Assembly (NCBI GenBank): GCA_033764955.1
Contig: JANRIL010000028.1
Location: forward strand, 1 to 64,000
Source of the DNA: Cyanobacteriota bacterium
GTDB lineage: Bacteria > Cyanobacteriota > Cyanobacteriia > Thermostichales > Thermostichaceae
DNA length: 64,000 nt
Direction: 5' to 3'
Both the position numbers and the translations under genes were made by a program. Shown here piece after piece: positions 60,421-64,000 of the stretch. Below the pieces are notes generated by a model, which was given only the letters and a program-made list of their open reading frames with translations, ran no database searches and was not told where the DNA came from. Numbering within the stretch: the first letter of the stretch is position 1; the number at the start of each line of letters is the position of its first letter.

Positions 60421-60768
60421 CTACCTCACCAAGCCATAGGTTTGAAACAACGCCGGATAACCCAGAGCCACCACTATCAACAGCGCCAAGAGGGGCAAAA
60501 CGCCCAGCAAAAGATGGGTCAAGCGTTCCACCTCAACCGTAGCAGGCAGCCGCCAATAGGCAACGCTCCCTACCCCAAGCAGGGATCCGACAAGGACTAA
60601 TGAAATCGGCTGACCCATCACTTGACTAGTCGCCAAAACAAAAGCAGTCAATCCGGGCAGTTCACCCCTTAACCCTTCTTGATAGAGAGCTTGTAGGTAG
60701 GGAGCCACACCGATCAACAAAACCCCATTGATCGCGGTCAAGACCAGAACTAACACTCGCTTTCCCAT
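60421..60768 (-). CDS. Small 3-TM membrane protein resembling the membrane segments of PilC
   Basis: GELPGLTAF vs PilC GELPAFTQF; C-terminus IVVALGYPALFQTYGLVR vs IIVAMYLPMFKVFELVK. Confidence 0.7.
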   Translation of the reverse strand: MGKRVLVLVLTAINGVLLIGVAPYLQALYQEGLRGELPGLTAFVLATSQVMGQPISLVLVGSLLGVGSVAYWRLPATVEVERLTHLLLGVLPLLALLIVVALGYPALFQTYGLVR

Positions 60769-60831
60769 GATGCTATGGCCGTAGCTCGAGCACCGACATG
60801 GATCCCTTAAGTATTTGAGTATTTATTTACC

Positions 60832-62052
60832 TTACTTAACCAATTCAAACACCTTAAACATCGGCAGATACATCGCCACGATAATGCAGCCCACCATGCC
60901 CCCCAGCACCGCGATCATCAACGGCTCCATCAAACTGGTCAAGGCTTTTACGGCTTGCTCCACTTCTAGCTCATAAAAGTCAGCCGTCTTCATGAGCATG
61001 GCATCCAGTTCCCCCGTCTCTTCACCCACGCTGATCATCTGCACTGCCATAATCGGGAATACCTTGGCTTTGTCAATGGCGGGAGCAATTTGTCCCCCTT
61101 CCGAAATGGCCTGACGGGAGGCATCCACCGCATTAGCGATTACCTGATTCCCTGCTGTATCCCGCACAATCTCTAGGGAGGTCAAAACGGGCACACCAGA
61201 GCGGGTCAACGCACCGAATGTCCGGCAAAAGCGAGCCACTGCTGTCTTTTGAATCAGGTCACCAAAAATCGGCAGCTTGAGAGAAAGGGCATCAATCGTC
61301 TCTCTACCCGCCGGAGTGGAATAAAAGCGCCGATAGGCAAACCCCAGCGCCACCAAGAAGCCCACCAACCCCAAGCTGTATTGGGGAGTCCGCAAAAACT
61401 TACTGATCGTTAGGAAAAACTGAGTAAAGGCGGGCAATTCTCCTCCCAATTCCTCAAAGATGCCCTCAAAGGTAGGCAAGATGAAAATTACCATCCCCAA
61501 AAAAATCAGGGTAGCCAAAATAGTTACGGTTACCGGATAAGCCATTGCCGATTTGATCTGTTTGGCTAGTTTGTCCATATCCTCCAATAACTTGGCCAGA
61601 CGGTTGAGCACTTCATCAAGCACACCGCCGACTTCCCCCGCCTGCACCATGCTGCAATACAAGCCGTCAAAGGCATCGGGGTAAGGGCGAATCGAGTCCG
61701 AGAGGTTTTTGCCCGACTCTACATCCGCCCGCACCGCCTTCAAATATTTCTTTAATTTGGGATTGGTGGTTTGCTCAGTCATGATCGTGAGGGAACGCAC
61801 CATCGACACCCCTGCGTTGATCAAAGCGGCAAACTGGCGGGAAAACACCGCCTTGTCCCGCACATCCACCGTGCCCAAATCAATGGAAGAAAGATTGAAG
61901 GCAAAGGGGTTTTTCACCTCTTGAATATCTTCGTTTTTGGCGTAAATACCCTGCTGGCGCAACAACGAGCGGGCTGCCGTGAGAGACTCTGCTGTAATCG
62001 TTTTCCGCACGGGTTGACCAGCCTGTAACCCTCGAACCTGAAACTTTGGCAT
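60832..62052 (-). CDS. pilC: Type IV pilus platform protein (GspF family)
   Basis: FSRQFA.LINAGV, AGEVGG.L, IKSAMAYP, VGEETGELD, AMYLPMF; ATG 62052 inferred. Confidence 0.95.
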   Translation of the reverse strand: MPKFQVRGLQAGQPVRKTITAESLTAARSLLRQQGIYAKNEDIQEVKNPFAFNLSSIDLGTVDVRDKAVFSRQFAALINAGVSMVRSLTIMTEQTTNPKLKKYLKAVRADVESGKNLSDSIRPYPDAFDGLYCSMVQAGEVGGVLDEVLNRLAKLLEDMDKLAKQIKSAMAYPVTVTILATLIFLGMVIFILPTFEGIFEELGGELPAFTQFFLTISKFLRTPQYSLGLVGFLVALGFAYRRFYSTPAGRETIDALSLKLPIFGDLIQKTAVARFCRTFGALTRSGVPVLTSLEIVRDTAGNQVIANAVDASRQAISEGGQIAPAIDKAKVFPIMAVQMISVGEETGELDAMLMKTADFYELEVEQAVKALTSLMEPLMIAVLGGMVGCIIVAMYLPMFKVFELVK

Positions 62053-62306
62053 ACCGTCATCCTGTGTATATCTGATTGCTAGGGGATCCCTATCCAGGCT
62101 CCCGACATCAAACCCATTCACCCAAGTCAGCCATCGGTTGTACGGCCAAGCCGCCATCCTTAGCTAGAGCTTAGCCATAATCTTTTGTTTTTGCATCCTG
62201 CTGACTTAGAAATTCACCGAATAGGCTAAATCAACCCACAAAGTAGATCTGCCGCGGGATCCCCAAATAAATCAGCAGGATTTGAGCAATGCGAGGTCGT
62301 CAGGGG

Positions 62307-63425
62307 TTAGCGACGTCCCGCCATCTGGGGATTTTGAGCCGCTTGTACCACCGAGGCTCCTAACAGGCGTTGCAGTTCCTCTGGGCGGGAGGTTTTGGAC
62401 ATGGCGACATCAAAGCTAATCTTGCCATCGATGTAGAGATCCGCTAGATCCCGCTCCAGAGTCTTCATGCCCAACTTACCCCCTGTTTGAATGGCGGAAT
62501 AAATTTGAGCGGTTTTGCCTTCTCGAATGAGGTTGGCAATAGCAGGGGTAACGATCATAATCTCTTGCACTAAAACCCGTCCCCGTTCACCGGGCTTGGG
62601 GTTGAGGCGAGTGGCTAGCGTTTGGGTAAATACCGCCCGCAGCGAGTTGGATAGCTGCACCCGAATTTGTTGCTGCTGTTCGGGGGGAAACACATCCACC
62701 AGACGGTCAACGGTTTGAGCCGCAGAACTGGTGTGAACCGTGGCGAAGCAAAGGTGTCCAGTTTCTGAGGCGGTGATGGCTAGCTGAATGGTTTCTAGGT
62801 CGCGCATCTCCCCAATCAGGACTACATCAGGATCCTCCCGCATGGCGGCTTTCAGGGCATTGGCAAAACTTTTGGTGTCTTCCCCCAGTTGCCGTTGATG
62901 GACGATGCTTTTGATCGGGGTATAGACATATTCAATCGGATCTTCGATGGTCAAGATGTGTTCGGCTCGCTCGCGGTTGATCATGTCGATCATGGAGGCG
63001 AGGGTGGTGGTTTTACCGGATCCAGTGGGTCCTGTTACCAGCACCAAGCCTCTGGGAATCTTCGCCATCTCTTTACAAATGTCCGGTAGACCCATTTTGT
63101 CGATATGGGGAATTTCGGTGGAAAGGGCACGCATGGCACAGGCGTAGGTTCCCCGATCTTTATAGACATTCACCCGAAAGCGCCCGATGCCCCGCACGCC
63201 ATAGGAACAGTCCAATTCCCAATTTTGCTCCAACATCTTGCGCTGAGTATTGTTGAGCATACTGAAAATCATCTTCTGCACTTCTTCCGGTGTCAGGGGA
63301 TCATGCTCAGTTGGCTCTAGGTGACCGTTCACCCGCAAATAGGGGGGCAAGCCACAGGAAATATGGATATCGGAACCGCCCTTTTGCACAACGGCTTCCA
63401 TCAAGTCTTCAATCATCAAAACCAT
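62307..63425 (-). CDS. pilT: Type IV pilus retraction ATPase
   Basis: GSDIH, RFRVNVY, GPTGSGKTT, TIEDPIE, MREDPDV.LIGEMRD, AIANLIRE. Confidence 0.96.
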   Translation of the reverse strand: MVLMIEDLMEAVVQKGGSDIHISCGLPPYLRVNGHLEPTEHDPLTPEEVQKMIFSMLNNTQRKMLEQNWELDCSYGVRGIGRFRVNVYKDRGTYACAMRALSTEIPHIDKMGLPDICKEMAKIPRGLVLVTGPTGSGKTTTLASMIDMINRERAEHILTIEDPIEYVYTPIKSIVHQRQLGEDTKSFANALKAAMREDPDVVLIGEMRDLETIQLAITASETGHLCFATVHTSSAAQTVDRLVDVFPPEQQQQIRVQLSNSLRAVFTQTLATRLNPKPGERGRVLVQEIMIVTPAIANLIREGKTAQIYSAIQTGGKLGMKTLERDLADLYIDGKISFDVAMSKTSRPEELQRLLGASVVQAAQNPQMAGRR

Positions 63426-63559
63426 GAGACTATCTCCAAAATGAGCGAGGGTAGGTTGGGGTGGTTGGGTTCACCAGTTGGGTTTCATCACTATAGGGGC
63501 TGGGCAGCAGGGATCCCCTGAAATTCAACAAAATCAAAGGGATCCCTATCCAGCCTGGG

Positions 63560-64000
63560 TTAAATAAACTTGGGAGTGAGACAGTAGGGACAGTCCATCC
63601 ATTCCAGATGGAGGGCAGCTCCACAGGTGCGACAGGTACTCAGGCTCTTGGCTTTTGCCTTCAGCTCGCTTTCTAGACCTTTGTCGGTGAGAGTGACGCG
63701 ATCCACTTCTTCGAGGGTGGTGTGGCCTTGTTTGACCAACATGAGGCTGTAGGCCAAGAGGGTCTTCATGCCCGATTCTACGGCAGCTTCTTTGATCACT
63801 TCGGTGGGAGCCTCTTTGTTGATCAAATCGGCAAGCCGATCATTCATCCGCATAAACTCATAGACCCCAACGCGGCCTTTGTAGCCCACCCCGTTGCACT
63901 TTTCGCAGATGGGCTTGCCCGTTGCTTTATGCTGCTCCACCTCCTTAGGATTGAGTTTATTGGCTCGGTAGAAAGTAATTTGTTCGGTGCTACCGGAGCT
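63560..64000 (-). CDS. pilB: Type IV pilus assembly ATPase, C-terminal part (partial)
   Basis: CEKCNGVGYKGRVGVYE, TTLEEV.RV, cyanobacterial C-terminal zinc ribbon CRTC...CPYC. Confidence 0.92.
   Translation of the reverse strand, partial: SSGSTEQITFYRANKLNPKEVEQHKATGKPICEKCNGVGYKGRVGVYEFMRMNDRLADLINKEAPTEVIKEAAVESGMKTLLAYSLMLVKQGHTTLEEVDRVTLTDKGLESELKAKAKSLSTCRTCGAALHLEWMDCPYCLTPKFI

Overview
This is chromosomal DNA from a cyanobacterium. The photosystem II genes, NtcA boxes and pilB-pilT-pilC show the phylum. The heavy iteration of GGGATCCC, with canonical HIP1 GCGATCGC rare, points to the hot-spring Thermostichus ('Synechococcus' OS-A/OS-B'-like) lineage. Most genes are housekeeping: psbD end/psbC, phoH, an M23 peptidase, cysS, 1-Cys Prx, ribF, katG, hisG, psbO, DAHP synthase, a Zam/RNase R-family gene, phoU, uvrC, hrcA, crtB, def, rbsK, grxC, PP2C, an ABC1 kinase, alpha-2-macroglobulin and pilC/pilT/pilB. 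Four items stand out. (1) An unannotated Phe/Tyr/Trp-rich 28-aa leader peptide with mutually exclusive pause, antiterminator and terminator hairpins lies upstream of the DAHP synthase gene, which looks like a ribosome-dependent attenuator. (2) A probable nitrogen-scavenging island with NtcA boxes and candidate TetR operators contains an ABC importer, a RutB-like hydrolase, an atypical asparaginase-fold enzyme and two MFS transporters. (3) A putative ethanolamine gamma-glutamylation cluster is present. (4) A 'mini-PilC' made only of PilC-like membrane segments follows pilC. Decayed Uma2 and Phd-VapC remnants are also visible. No rRNA, tRNA, CRISPR array or intact transposase was recognised. All calls come from reading the sequence; no searches were run.
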